The position numbers were made by a program, and so were the translations under genes. From the NCBI GenBank assembly GCA_947304365.1, contig CAMZAY010000001.1:1-30037 (forward strand): a stretch of DNA of 30,037 nt, in the 5' to 3' direction. Below the pieces are notes generated by a model that saw nothing but the letters and a program-made list of their open reading frames with translations, searched no databases and had not been told where the DNA came from. Of this stretch, positions 17,583 to 26,663 are shown piece after piece. Origin of the DNA: an uncultured Clostridia bacterium (GTDB lineage: Bacteria > Bacillota > Clostridia > Christensenellales > CAG-138). Numbering within the stretch: the stretch's first letter is position 1; each line of letters opens with the position of its first letter.

Positions 17583-18161
17583 TCAGTTAAACAGAAGCTC
17601 CGCGACCTTGGCGGAGGTAAGCTGTCGGACTTCCTCCATAAGCGCGTCGAAGGAGCAGTTTTTGACGTAGTTGGCGCCCTTCAATACAAACCCGTCGGTT
17701 ATCGAGGGGTCTGCTTCGCCCGCTTTGACGCCGGGAACGGCGCCGCTTTCGATAAGCGCGCACACCGCGTCAAAGTCCTTTTCGGCGGGACAGACGGTCT
17801 CGCCGCCCTCGCACTCGCGCTCGAGGAGCCTCTTCAAAAGGGCGGCCCTCTCTGCGCCTTCGAGAGAAACGATGCGCTTATGCGCCTTTGAATACGCCTC
17901 GTCTATAAGGGCGCGCTTGCGGACGAGCAGGCGCTTCCTGCCCGTAAGCTCCGCGTTGGTCTTCGCGGTGGCGATGGCAAGCTCCCTCTGACGGGCGGCC
18001 TTTTCGGTGAATTCGGCGCGCAGCGCTTCCTTATCCGCTTCGAGCTTCCGTTTTAAGGCGGAGATATCCTCCGTGGACTTCCACTCGATGGCGGCGGCGT
18101 CTGCACGCGCCTCCTCCAAAATGCCGGCTATGAGCTTTTCGGCTCCGTTATTGGTATCCAT
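17583..18161 (-). CDS. ntpE: V/A-type ATPase subunit E
   Basis: Coiled-coil N-terminus EKLIAGILEEARADA and C-terminal DGFVL...NCSFD, at the expected operon position. Confidence 0.88.
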   Translation of the reverse strand: MDTNNGAEKLIAGILEEARADAAAIEWKSTEDISALKRKLEADKEALRAEFTEKAARQRELAIATAKTNAELTGRKRLLVRKRALIDEAYSKAHKRIVSLEGAERAALLKRLLERECEGGETVCPAEKDFDAVCALIESGAVPGVKAGEADPSITDGFVLKGANYVKNCSFDALMEEVRQLTSAKVAELLFN

Positions 18162-18170
18162 AATCGACTA

Positions 18171-18767
18171 TCAGGCGTTTACGGGAACGCGGACGACCAT
18201 GAGGATGGATATGATCAGAGCGAGTATCGCGTAGAGCTCTACCATGATGGCGAAGGTGATGCCCATGCCGCCGTTGCCCTGCTTTGCAACGATGCCGATG
18301 CCGGCGCAGCATACGCGGGACTGGAAGTAGGCGGAAACGAGACCGACTACGCCGATGGGAAGGCTTGCATAGAAGAAGCTGCGGCCGAGCTCGGTCGAGA
18401 GCTGCATGACCGTGCCGTTCAGTATGCCGCTGAATACCAGTATGAACATGGCGATAACGAATCCGTAAAGGCCCTGGGTAGCGGGGAGCAGCTCGAATAC
18501 GAGGCAGCTGCCGCCCTTATCGGGATCCTCCGCAGAGACGCCCGCGGCCGCGCGGCCCGCCATGCCAACGCCGAGAGCGGAACCGATGCCGGGGAGTATC
18601 ATGGCGACGCAGACGGCGATCGCCGCCCAAACGTAGCCCGCCGGGCCCTTGGGGGCTTCCGCCGCGCCGATTGTGGGCACGCCCTCTTCCGCAAATACGG
18701 CGCCGCACACGGTGAGCGCGAGCAGAGCAATGATTACGACGGCTGCAAACTTCTTGATCTTTTTCAT
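18171..18767 (-). CDS. ntpK: V/A-type ATPase proteolipid subunit K/c (4-TM, Na+-binding type) with N-terminal extension
   Basis: GIGSALGVG, LLPATQGLYG, FQSRV and MVELYAIL align by eye with E. hirae NtpK. Confidence 0.93.
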   Translation of the reverse strand: MKKIKKFAAVVIIALLALTVCGAVFAEEGVPTIGAAEAPKGPAGYVWAAIAVCVAMILPGIGSALGVGMAGRAAAGVSAEDPDKGGSCLVFELLPATQGLYGFVIAMFILVFSGILNGTVMQLSTELGRSFFYASLPIGVVGLVSAYFQSRVCCAGIGIVAKQGNGGMGITFAIMVELYAILALIISILMVVRVPVNA

Positions 18768-18793
18768 AGTGGACTCCTTTTTGGTGTGAAAGA

Positions 18794-20737
18794 TTATTTG
18801 ACGTTATTGTATTTCGTATCTATACCGAGGGGGCTGAAAAGCTTGCCGCCCGGAGTATAAAACCGGTTATAGTACTCGATAAACTGGAGCCTCGCGCAGT
18901 GTATGAACGCGCCGAGGGCGTTTATCGCCACGCAGAACACGTGGAGTATCACAAGCAGCACGGCTGCGACGATGAAGCTGACGACTCCGCCGACGACGGG
19001 GATGCCCTTGAGCATATCCTTTGCGATGCCTGCGACGAGGTTGAACGCGCTGCCCATAGCGCCTGTTGCAAGGCCGAGGGCGAAAACACGCGAATAGCTG
19101 AGCACGTCGGAGAGGAAGCCGGTGATATCGTAGAGCTTTCCGAAGCCGCCTATCACGCGGCCAACGCCCTTTTTCGCCCTGCCGCCGAAGCCGATGAGCA
19201 TAGCAACGCCGAGCACTATCATGCCGAAGGCGATATAGCGAAGGCTGCCCTTAAGCAGGAACGCGAGGCCCGCCCCGGCGAATATGATCAGCCACGAGCC
19301 GATATCGAACAGCGCCGTCTGCCAATCGCCCTTTTTAAGGTGCAGTACGATCGACACGATCATTCCGACGATGATCTGACCGAAGCCGAGCGCGCAGTAC
19401 GCGATTATCGCGGTCATCTGATCCTTCATCGGGTCGATCAGCGGGAAGGGGAAGCTCTCGCCGAAGAGGTCATACCAGTTCATGCCGAAGCATGTTCCGG
19501 CGAGGAGGCCGAACACCATTGTGGAAAGCCCGCCCCAGAAGAGTATCTTCGCGACCTGCTCCGTGCCCTTCTTGGGCTTTTTGAGCTTTAAGAAAAGCGC
19601 CGCGCCGATGCTCATGACAAGGCCGTAGCCCGTATCGCCCATCATGAGGCCGAAGAACAGCAGGTAGAACGGCGTCATCACGACGGTGGGATCGTAGCCG
19701 CGCGGGTCGGGCGGCGAATACATATTCGTAATAAACTCGAACGGGGCGAAGAACTTGCTGTTTTTGCAGTACGTGGGCGGCTGCTCGTCGTCATAAGGAT
19801 CGCGGATCTCAAGATAATGGACGCCCGCGTTCTCGTTCACTATTGTCTCCAGCTTTTCCGCCTCGTCCGAACGGACCCAGCCGTTCAAAAGGAACGTCTC
19901 CCTGGTGGCGAAAAGCTCGCATCTGGCCTCGGCCCGCTTCTGTTCTATAAGAGCGCCGTCAAGGCCCTTCTTCAATTCCTCCGCACTTTCGCCGAGGGCC
20001 GCTATCGCCTTTGAAAGCTCATCGTTCTTAAGCTCGAGCGAGGCGGTCCCGCTTTCGAGCATGGCGATATTATCCTCGGCAAGTCCGGAGTATTCGGCAA
20101 GGGACGCCTCCGCAAAACCGGCGGAGTGGAGGCAGGCAAGCGTCTCCTCCCGCGAGGCGTTCGGTATGGCGGCGAGTATCGGCGTCTTTTGCCCGCGGGC
20201 GGGGTATGCCTCGTAAACGACGCCCGCCTCGTCCAGCGCGGAAAGCTTTTCCGGCTTTATGAGGCCGAGTACGAAGCCCGTCGTTTTGGTGGGACGGATC
20301 TCGTCAAGGGGGATCGATACGCCGCCGAACGGACGGAGCGCCTTGAGCTGAGCGGAGGCCTTCTCCTTATCGTTCTTGATCTGATTAAGCTCCTTCTGAA
20401 GCCCTTCAAGCTCCTCCGCGATCTTGAGAGCCCCGGGCACGGCGCCGATAAGCTCCTCCTCCGAGCTTTCGGGGGGAGCCTCCAGCAGGCCGGCCTTGGG
20501 AAGATACGGAGCAAGGCGACTCAAGGCCGCCTTGATACGCTGTACGGTATTGTTTTTTTCGGCAAGCTCGCCCTCGCAGCCGGACCTGAAAAGACCCGCA
20601 GCCTCCAATGCGGAGGCGGGACCTTCCTGTTCGGTGCGTTCTATCTGAACTACCCCGTTATTCTGAAGCGCTTTCATCAGGCGCCGTTCGTCCGCTTTGA
20701 GGGCGAACAGCGATATGTGCTTCATAGGTACGATCAT
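18794..20737 (-). CDS. ntpI: V/A-type ATPase subunit I/a
   Basis: 647 aa. MIVPMKHISL N-terminus, FGLMMGDTGYG, DVLSYSRVFALGLA with the conserved Arg, and FIHCARLQFIEY. Confidence 0.95.
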   Translation of the reverse strand: MIVPMKHISLFALKADERRLMKALQNNGVVQIERTEQEGPASALEAAGLFRSGCEGELAEKNNTVQRIKAALSRLAPYLPKAGLLEAPPESSEEELIGAVPGALKIAEELEGLQKELNQIKNDKEKASAQLKALRPFGGVSIPLDEIRPTKTTGFVLGLIKPEKLSALDEAGVVYEAYPARGQKTPILAAIPNASREETLACLHSAGFAEASLAEYSGLAEDNIAMLESGTASLELKNDELSKAIAALGESAEELKKGLDGALIEQKRAEARCELFATRETFLLNGWVRSDEAEKLETIVNENAGVHYLEIRDPYDDEQPPTYCKNSKFFAPFEFITNMYSPPDPRGYDPTVVMTPFYLLFFGLMMGDTGYGLVMSIGAALFLKLKKPKKGTEQVAKILFWGGLSTMVFGLLAGTCFGMNWYDLFGESFPFPLIDPMKDQMTAIIAYCALGFGQIIVGMIVSIVLHLKKGDWQTALFDIGSWLIIFAGAGLAFLLKGSLRYIAFGMIVLGVAMLIGFGGRAKKGVGRVIGGFGKLYDITGFLSDVLSYSRVFALGLATGAMGSAFNLVAGIAKDMLKGIPVVGGVVSFIVAAVLLVILHVFCVAINALGAFIHCARLQFIEYYNRFYTPGGKLFSPLGIDTKYNNVK

Positions 20738-20752
20738 CGCGTTTTCTCCCGA

Positions 20753-21067
20753 TCAGAATTCCTTTAAAATATAGTCGACTATGGCAGCTTCCGCGCCGGA
20801 GAGCCTGCCCGACGCGCCGGTGATGAGGACTTCCGCCTCCTCCGCGCTCCTGACGAGCATCCTTTCGGCTTCGCCCGCGGCTTCCTTCTCGGCCATGGCG
20901 GCGGCAAGCGCAAGACCCGCTTTCGCCTCCTCGCGCGCGATCTTAAGAGAAGCGGCGGCTTCATCCTCCGCGGCGGCCTGTGCATTTCTTGCGGCCTCCT
21001 GCGCGTTCCTGCGCAGGGCTTCGGCGTCTGCCTCGGCTGCGGCGATACGCTCAATTATCGTAGGCAT
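20753..21067 (-). CDS. V/A-type ATPase peripheral stalk subunit G/H
   Basis: 104-aa Ala/Glu-rich coiled coil (IIERIAAAEADAE), first gene of the operon. Confidence 0.78.
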   Translation of the reverse strand: MPTIIERIAAAEADAEALRRNAQEAARNAQAAAEDEAAASLKIAREEAKAGLALAAAMAEKEAAGEAERMLVRSAEEAEVLITGASGRLSGAEAAIVDYILKEF

Positions 21068-21126
21068 TTTAAGTCAGCTTCCTTCCGGTGATTCGGGCGG
21101 CGAACGCGCCCGTTTTGCTGTTTAAC

Positions 21127-21155
21127 ATTATACCATCCGAGCCGGACGATTGCAA
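21127..21155 (-). promoter_or_regulatory. Sigma-A promoter of the ATPase operon
   Basis: TTGCAA-N17-TATAAT with extended TGn. Confidence 0.78.
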
Positions 21156-21188
21156 GTAAAATGGGCGTAAAAAAAAGTTTGGAGAATA

Positions 21189-21217
21189 TTGCGGATCGGA
21201 GCCGAACAATGTATAAT
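21189..21217 (+). promoter_or_regulatory. Sigma-A promoter of the DMT transporter
   Basis: TTGCGG-N17-TATAAT. The ATG lies 7 nt downstream of the -10 box. Confidence 0.65.
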
Positions 21218-21224
21218 TCATCAC

Positions 21225-22130
21225 ATGAAGAAGCATGGCTTGAGATCGACTCTGCTGCCGATATTTACGGCGCTTATATGGGGCACGGCGTTCGTCGCGC
21301 AGGACGTCTGCGCAGAGGACGTGCCGCCCATGGCCTTCAACGCGATACGCTTTTTTATCGCGGTGCTTTTTCTTGCCGCGGTAAAGCTCGTTATCCTGCT
21401 CTTCAAAAAGAAAAAAGCCCCCTCCGGCAAGGGGAGGCCGTCCGTAAAAAAGCTCATCCTCGCCGGGGCGCTCTGCGGCGCGGCGCTGTGCGTCGCCTCA
21501 AATCTTCAGCAGGCGGGCATGCACTGGGGAACGGAGGCGGGAAAATCCGGCTTCATCACCGCGCTTTACGTGGTGCTCGTGCCGATCGGCGGACTGCTTC
21601 TGAAAAAGAAGATACGCCCCATATTCTGGTTCGCCGTGGCGCTCGCCGTCGCGGGGCTGTACCTTCTCTGCCTCCACGGGAGCTTCAAATTCGCCCCGGG
21701 CGACCTTCTGACGCTGCTCTGCGCAGTCGCGTTCACCGTGCAGATACTGCTTATCGACCGCTTTGCCGGGGAGCTTGACCCGATCCTTTTCTGCATCGCC
21801 GAGTTCCTGACCGCGGCGGTCCTCTCCGCGGTAGGCATGCTGTTCTTCGAGAAGCCCGAGGCCGCGCCGATACTCGCGCACGCGCTGCCGATACTGTACG
21901 TCGCGATATTCTCCTGCGGGGTGGCGTACCTTTTGCAGATAATCGCCCAGCGGGACGGCGACCCCGCGGTGGTATCGATACTCTTCAGCCTTGAGGCGGT
22001 GTTCTCCGTGATCGCGAGCGCGATAATACTTCATCAAAGGATGAGCGTCCGGGAATACATAGGCTGCGCGCTCCTCTTTGCCGCCGTGCTCATCGCCCAG
22101 CTGCCCGGAAAAAAGACCGGCGGAGAATAG
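21225..22130 (+). CDS. EamA/DMT family transporter
   Basis: About 10 TM segments in two repeats. IWGTAFVAQ, GFITALYVVLVP and ILFSLEAVFS. Most likely start is ATG 21225. Confidence 0.88.
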   Translation: MKKHGLRSTLLPIFTALIWGTAFVAQDVCAEDVPPMAFNAIRFFIAVLFLAAVKLVILLFKKKKAPSGKGRPSVKKLILAGALCGAALCVASNLQQAGMHWGTEAGKSGFITALYVVLVPIGGLLLKKKIRPIFWFAVALAVAGLYLLCLHGSFKFAPGDLLTLLCAVAFTVQILLIDRFAGELDPILFCIAEFLTAAVLSAVGMLFFEKPEAAPILAHALPILYVAIFSCGVAYLLQIIAQRDGDPAVVSILFSLEAVFSVIASAIILHQRMSVREYIGCALLFAAVLIAQLPGKKTGGE

Positions 22131-22147
22131 CCGGCGACAGATAAAAA

Positions 22148-22175
22148 AGCCGTTTTGAGAAAACTCAAAACGGCT
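22148..22175. terminator. Bidirectional intrinsic terminator
   Basis: Perfect 12-bp stem AGCCGTTTTGAG-AAAA-CTCAAAACGGCT, with a T-tract on the minus strand. Confidence 0.85.
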
Positions 22176-22193
22176 AATTTGATTTAAAAAATC

Positions 22194-23648
22194 TTACGGC
22201 ATTACTCCTTCGAACCTCGTATCGAAATCCTCCCCGTCGGGAGTGACGGTGAGCGTGTATTCCGTGCCGAGATCCGTCGTGCGCTCATCGGAATAGATCA
22301 AAAGCTGTCCTCGGCGCTCGTCGATATAGGCGGCGCCCTCCCAAAGCTTTTCGTGCCCCGTGCCTTCCGAGCGGTAGAGCACGTTCGCGTTTTCGGTTAT
22401 ATAGAGGCAGTATTTGCCTATAACGGCGAATTCACGAACGCCGGAGTCCGCCCTTTGGGCGCGCTTTCCGAGCTTTGCCGAATACAGATCGCCCAGCGCG
22501 TCGAGGTACCAAATGCGGGAGCCGTCCTTTGAAAAGTCGAACTGCTCCACATTGGCCGCGACGCGGGCGGCGGAGCCCTTCACGCCGCTTAAATAAAGCG
22601 TGCCGTCCGCGCTCCAGAGCACGTGCTGCCCGTCGGAGGAGAGCTTGTACGAATCGGCGTTGCCGACGATCTCCGACGCGCCGCCGTCCTTGTCTATGCG
22701 GACGATATCGTACAGATACCCGCTGTCCGTCTTCGTCCTCAAAAGCCAGAGCCCATTGGTGAACGAATCGACGTCGTTTATATAGGCGAAGAGCGTGATC
22801 ACGCTCCTGCTGTAAACGTCGGTCTTGAGCGGGAAACCGAAGCCCTTGCCGAGCTCCGTATCAAAGCCGTCGCTGAGGCGGAAAAGCCTGTTGACCTTTT
22901 CGGACCCGCCGGTCCCGCCGGACTCGAAGGACTTGTCGCCGGTGATGTACACCACTTCGCCGAGGTCGCGGGTGAAATTATAGTTCGAGCCGGAATCGCA
23001 TTCGGTGGAAATGACCCTGTCCTCCCCGCCTTTCCTGACGGTGAACGCGCCCGAATCCGTATCGAAATAATAAATGATATCCGCGTCGTCTGAAACGGCG
23101 ATCACGATCGCGGTCTTATCCTCCAGAACGGGGGTCAGGCTGCCGTCCTTATAGAGCTTTGAACTGTATCCGAAGCCGTCTCCGGGATAAGAGGCGGTGA
23201 ATACCGCGCATTTGCTCGAAGGGGAAACGGCGACCTGCACAAGGGAATCGAGCCCCTCTTCGACCGTTTTGACGCTGCCGTCCGCTGCAAAGCAGACCTT
23301 AAGCGCACCGTCCTGAAAGAAGAACACGGTGCTGCCGTCAAAGGATATCTCTGCCTCCGTGACGCCGCTGCCGAAGGGCACCGTGCCGGCTTCGGAAACG
23401 TTATAAACGCTCGACCTGACCCATGCGAGGCAGGCTTTGCCGTCTGCGGAGGTCTCGATCTGGGCCTTGCCCTCCGCCAGGCCTTCGAGCACTCTGCCGT
23501 TCAGCACGAAGTGCGAGACGCCGTTTTCGGCGGAATACACCCTTGCGATATTGGCGTTGAGCCGGGGCCCGTTTTCGACCCCCGCGCTGCATGCGGCGAG
23601 GGAGCAGAGCATTATAACAAGGAGCAATGCTGTGATCGTTTTTTTCAT
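22194..23648 (-). CDS. Lipoprotein with TolB/WD40-like beta-propeller repeats
   Basis: Lipobox LAAC at residues 17-20. Repeated S-x-DG blade motifs (TSADG, ISFDG, LSSDG, FSKDG). Confidence 0.72.
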   Translation of the reverse strand: MKKTITALLLVIMLCSLAACSAGVENGPRLNANIARVYSAENGVSHFVLNGRVLEGLAEGKAQIETSADGKACLAWVRSSVYNVSEAGTVPFGSGVTEAEISFDGSTVFFFQDGALKVCFAADGSVKTVEEGLDSLVQVAVSPSSKCAVFTASYPGDGFGYSSKLYKDGSLTPVLEDKTAIVIAVSDDADIIYYFDTDSGAFTVRKGGEDRVISTECDSGSNYNFTRDLGEVVYITGDKSFESGGTGGSEKVNRLFRLSDGFDTELGKGFGFPLKTDVYSRSVITLFAYINDVDSFTNGLWLLRTKTDSGYLYDIVRIDKDGGASEIVGNADSYKLSSDGQHVLWSADGTLYLSGVKGSAARVAANVEQFDFSKDGSRIWYLDALGDLYSAKLGKRAQRADSGVREFAVIGKYCLYITENANVLYRSEGTGHEKLWEGAAYIDERRGQLLIYSDERTTDLGTEYTLTVTPDGEDFDTRFEGVMP

Positions 23649-23652
23649 AGGA

Positions 23653-25137
23653 TCATTCCTCTCCGCCGGTCATCAGCGCGCCCTTCAATGCGAGACTGAA
23701 ATCCGTGCCGTTTGCGGAAACGTACACGTCGTAAACGCTGTTGCCTAGCGAGTCGGTATAAAGATCGGTATAGTAAAGATATGCGGCGGGCATCGCCTCC
23801 ACATGGGAGACGCCGTCCGAAACGCCCCTTAAGGGCAGCTTGCCGTCCGCATAAATGAGCTTGCCCGTCTTATCGTAATCGGCAAGGAAGAGGCATTTAT
23901 CATCCCCGGCGAGCACGGAATAGACCGTGTTCTTCGCAAGCTGAACCGCGGGAGCGCTGCCCTCGATATAATAGAGCCCGAGGTCGTAGCCCACGCAGTA
24001 GAACTTTTCGCCGTCCTTCGACATGTTGTAGCTGTAAACGTTTTTGCAGATGAGCTGCGCGGTCTTGGGATCGTCGATCTTCATGATATAGAGCTCGTTA
24101 TCGGCCATCAGCACGGAGAGGCGGCTCATATCCTTCGTAACGGAGAACCCGTAGGCGCCCTTTGCAAGGAGCGTAACGCGCCTGTTGCCGTCGGCGTACC
24201 AGATGTTGTAGATCGCGCGGGCGTCGGGGTCCTCCGAAGAGGTCATAAAGCTGTAAAACAGGCCGCCGAACACGCTGGAGCAATCCTTCACAAAGCACGT
24301 GAACTGGTCGCCGCCCTGCACGGACTCGCACGAAGCGGCTGCGGAGAACACCGAAGCGCCCTTCACTATCGCCTTTTTTGAGGAGCCGTTAATGCTGTAA
24401 TACGTGGTGCCGCCCATATCGAACAATACTTCGGTAAGGCTGCGGTTGAACTCGAGCTGGGAGGAAACGCCCTCGCCGAGCTTCCTGACCGATCCGCCCT
24501 TTGAATAGCTGAGGCTCATGGTATCGGGCTCGACGCCGTACCAGAAGCGCGCGCCGTCGCCTATCGCGGCGATGCAGGCGTTTTCGGCAAGCTGTTTCGA
24601 CTCGCCCGCGGTGTGCGCGAACGTGACCAAAGCGCCCTCCGCGTTCTTGACGGTATAGCCGACGGTCCCGCCGTCGGGCGAGAGGGCTATTGCGTCGATC
24701 GACGCGGCGCCTTCGGGCCTAATATCCTCCAGACTGCCGGACGCATGATCGTAAATATGCACCTCCGTCGCGGTGGTGAAGACCGTCTTCTGCCCGTCGA
24801 GCGAGAGGAGCGCCTTAAGCACGCCCGCGGAGTAGATCTTCTTTATGCCGTCCTTATCGATGCGGAAAAGCCCCGTGCCGGCGCGTGCGATGCCGACCGA
24901 ACCGTCGCAGGAGAGGAAGCTGTCCACCCTGCCCGGAACGGCCTTTTCGAGCATTTCGGAATCGGCAAGGAACCTTGTCATGCCCTCCTCGTCGGAGTAG
25001 AAATAGTTGATGTTGTGCGCGTATTCCTTCGCCTCGGCGCGAGCGGAGCCCTTTATATCGAAGGCGACCGCGACCGCTGCGGCAATGAGCGCCGCCGCGA
25101 GCACGCCCATAAGTATCTTGACCCAGGTCTTTTTCAT
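23653..25137 (-). CDS. Membrane-anchored beta-propeller-like protein, paralog of 22194..23648
   Basis: ATG at 25137 followed by an N-terminal TM segment. Repeated motifs SCDG, LSLDG, LSPDG, MSKDG, VSANG. Confidence 0.72.
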   Translation of the reverse strand: MKKTWVKILMGVLAAALIAAAVAVAFDIKGSARAEAKEYAHNINYFYSDEEGMTRFLADSEMLEKAVPGRVDSFLSCDGSVGIARAGTGLFRIDKDGIKKIYSAGVLKALLSLDGQKTVFTTATEVHIYDHASGSLEDIRPEGAASIDAIALSPDGGTVGYTVKNAEGALVTFAHTAGESKQLAENACIAAIGDGARFWYGVEPDTMSLSYSKGGSVRKLGEGVSSQLEFNRSLTEVLFDMGGTTYYSINGSSKKAIVKGASVFSAAASCESVQGGDQFTCFVKDCSSVFGGLFYSFMTSSEDPDARAIYNIWYADGNRRVTLLAKGAYGFSVTKDMSRLSVLMADNELYIMKIDDPKTAQLICKNVYSYNMSKDGEKFYCVGYDLGLYYIEGSAPAVQLAKNTVYSVLAGDDKCLFLADYDKTGKLIYADGKLPLRGVSDGVSHVEAMPAAYLYYTDLYTDSLGNSVYDVYVSANGTDFSLALKGALMTGGEE

Positions 25138-25151
25138 CCGTTTTCCGTCCT

Positions 25152-26534
25152 TTACAAGAGCTTCTTGGTCTGGATATAGACGTCGCCGCTGCCGAGCGTT
25201 ACCACGATATCGCCCGCGGAAGCGTTTTCGAGCAGCCAATCGGATATCTCCTCAAACGTCGGCACGTACAGGGCGTTATCGGTCGCCTCGTTTATGGCTT
25301 TGACCATATCGCGCGCGTGGACGCTGCCGTCGTCCTTCTCGCGGCCGGGATAGATATCGGGCACGAGCACCTTTTTGACGCCCTTGAAGCAGTCGCCCTG
25401 ATGCCCGCAAAAGAGTGTCTTCGCCCTTGTATAGCTGTTGCACTGGAACACGCAGTAAACGTCCTTATGCGGGGTGCGCAGCGCCGAATCGACCGCCGCC
25501 CTTATCTCCGCGGGATGGTGCGCGTAATCGTGGAACACCCTTACGCCGTTCCTTTCGCCGTAATACTCGAACCTGCGGCGGGTGTTCTCGAAATGGGAGA
25601 GCGCGTCCGCGGCCGTGTCAAAGCCCGTGCCGTGAGAGAGCGCGACCGCCATCGCCGCGACTGAATTGAGCATATTATGCCGCCCGGGCACGTGAAGCGC
25701 GACGCGGCCGACATTTTCGCCCCTGAACATGAGGTCGTAGGAGGGGCAGCCGAATTCGTCATACACGGCGTTTTCGGGATAATAATCGGGCCCGAACGCG
25801 GTATCGAGACCGTAGGTCAGCTCCGCGACCCTTCCCCTGTACTCCTCAAGGAGCCCGCGCACCCTTTCATCGTCCGTGCAGCCGATGAACATTCCGCCCT
25901 CCGGGATAAGCGCGACGAACTTGCGGAACGCGTCGGTGATATGATCGATATCCTTGAAATAATCGAGATGATCGTCGTCGATGTTGTTTATCAGCGCGAC
26001 GGTGGGGCGAAGCGTGAGGAAGCTTTCAACGTACTCGCAAGCCTCGGTTATGAACAGATCGTGAGAGCCGAGCCTTGTGCCGCCCTTCAAAAATTCGACG
26101 AAGCCCCCCACGTGGACGGTCGCGTCAAGGCCGCCCTTCTCGGCGATAAGGGCGAGCATGGAGGTAATCGTGGTCTTGCCGTGACAGCCGGCGATGCCGA
26201 CGACGTTCCTGTAATTCTCGCTCAGCCAGCCGAGCGCGACGGAACGCTCCATCTCGGGTATGCCGAGCTCCCTTGCCCTGACCCTTTCGGGATTGTCGGG
26301 CTTTATCGCGGCGGAATAGATGACGAGGTCGCACCCGTCGACGTTCTCCGCCTTCTGCCCAATGGTCACGGGTATGCCGAGCTCAACGAGCCTTTCGGTG
26401 AAGGGAGAAACGGAGCGGTCGCTCCCGCCGACCTCATAGCCCCTTGCGCGGAGTATCTGCGCCAGCCCGTTCATCGAGCAGCCGCCGACGCCGATAAGAT
26501 GTATCTTTTTTACGTTTTCGAGTTTACGGTCCAT
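25152..26534 (-). CDS. murC: UDP-N-acetylmuramate--L-alanine ligase
   Basis: KIHLIGVGGCSMNGLA, GCHGKTT, EACEY, DDDHLDY and DYAHHPAEI. Confidence 0.95.
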   Translation of the reverse strand: MDRKLENVKKIHLIGVGGCSMNGLAQILRARGYEVGGSDRSVSPFTERLVELGIPVTIGQKAENVDGCDLVIYSAAIKPDNPERVRARELGIPEMERSVALGWLSENYRNVVGIAGCHGKTTITSMLALIAEKGGLDATVHVGGFVEFLKGGTRLGSHDLFITEACEYVESFLTLRPTVALINNIDDDHLDYFKDIDHITDAFRKFVALIPEGGMFIGCTDDERVRGLLEEYRGRVAELTYGLDTAFGPDYYPENAVYDEFGCPSYDLMFRGENVGRVALHVPGRHNMLNSVAAMAVALSHGTGFDTAADALSHFENTRRRFEYYGERNGVRVFHDYAHHPAEIRAAVDSALRTPHKDVYCVFQCNSYTRAKTLFCGHQGDCFKGVKKVLVPDIYPGREKDDGSVHARDMVKAINEATDNALYVPTFEEISDWLLENASAGDIVVTLGSGDVYIQTKKLL

Positions 26535-26569
26535 TTGAGCCTCCGAAGAAAAGTCTTACTCAACATTCA

Positions 26570-26598
26570 ATTATATTCCATTTCGGACAAAAAGGCAA
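26570..26598 (-). promoter_or_regulatory. Sigma-A promoter of the murC operon
   Basis: TTGCCT-N17-TATAAT, with a GGAGG RBS before the ATG. Confidence 0.72.
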
Positions 26599-26608
26599 TA
26601 AGCCGCTG

Positions 26609-26637
26609 AAAAAAACAGCTCCCCTTTCGGAGAGCTG
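26609..26637 (-). terminator. Intrinsic terminator after lgt
   Basis: CAGCTCTCC-GAAA-GGGGAGCTG followed by T7. Confidence 0.85.
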
Positions 26638-26663
26638 ATACGGATCCGATCCTTTAGGCGGGC

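Noticed and set aside
21094-21116. CGGGCG/CGCCCG hairpin in the ATPase operon 5' UTR as a riboswitch or attenuator
   Set aside because: The stem is only 6 bp, its T-tract is on the antisense strand, and the UTR is too short for a known aptamer.
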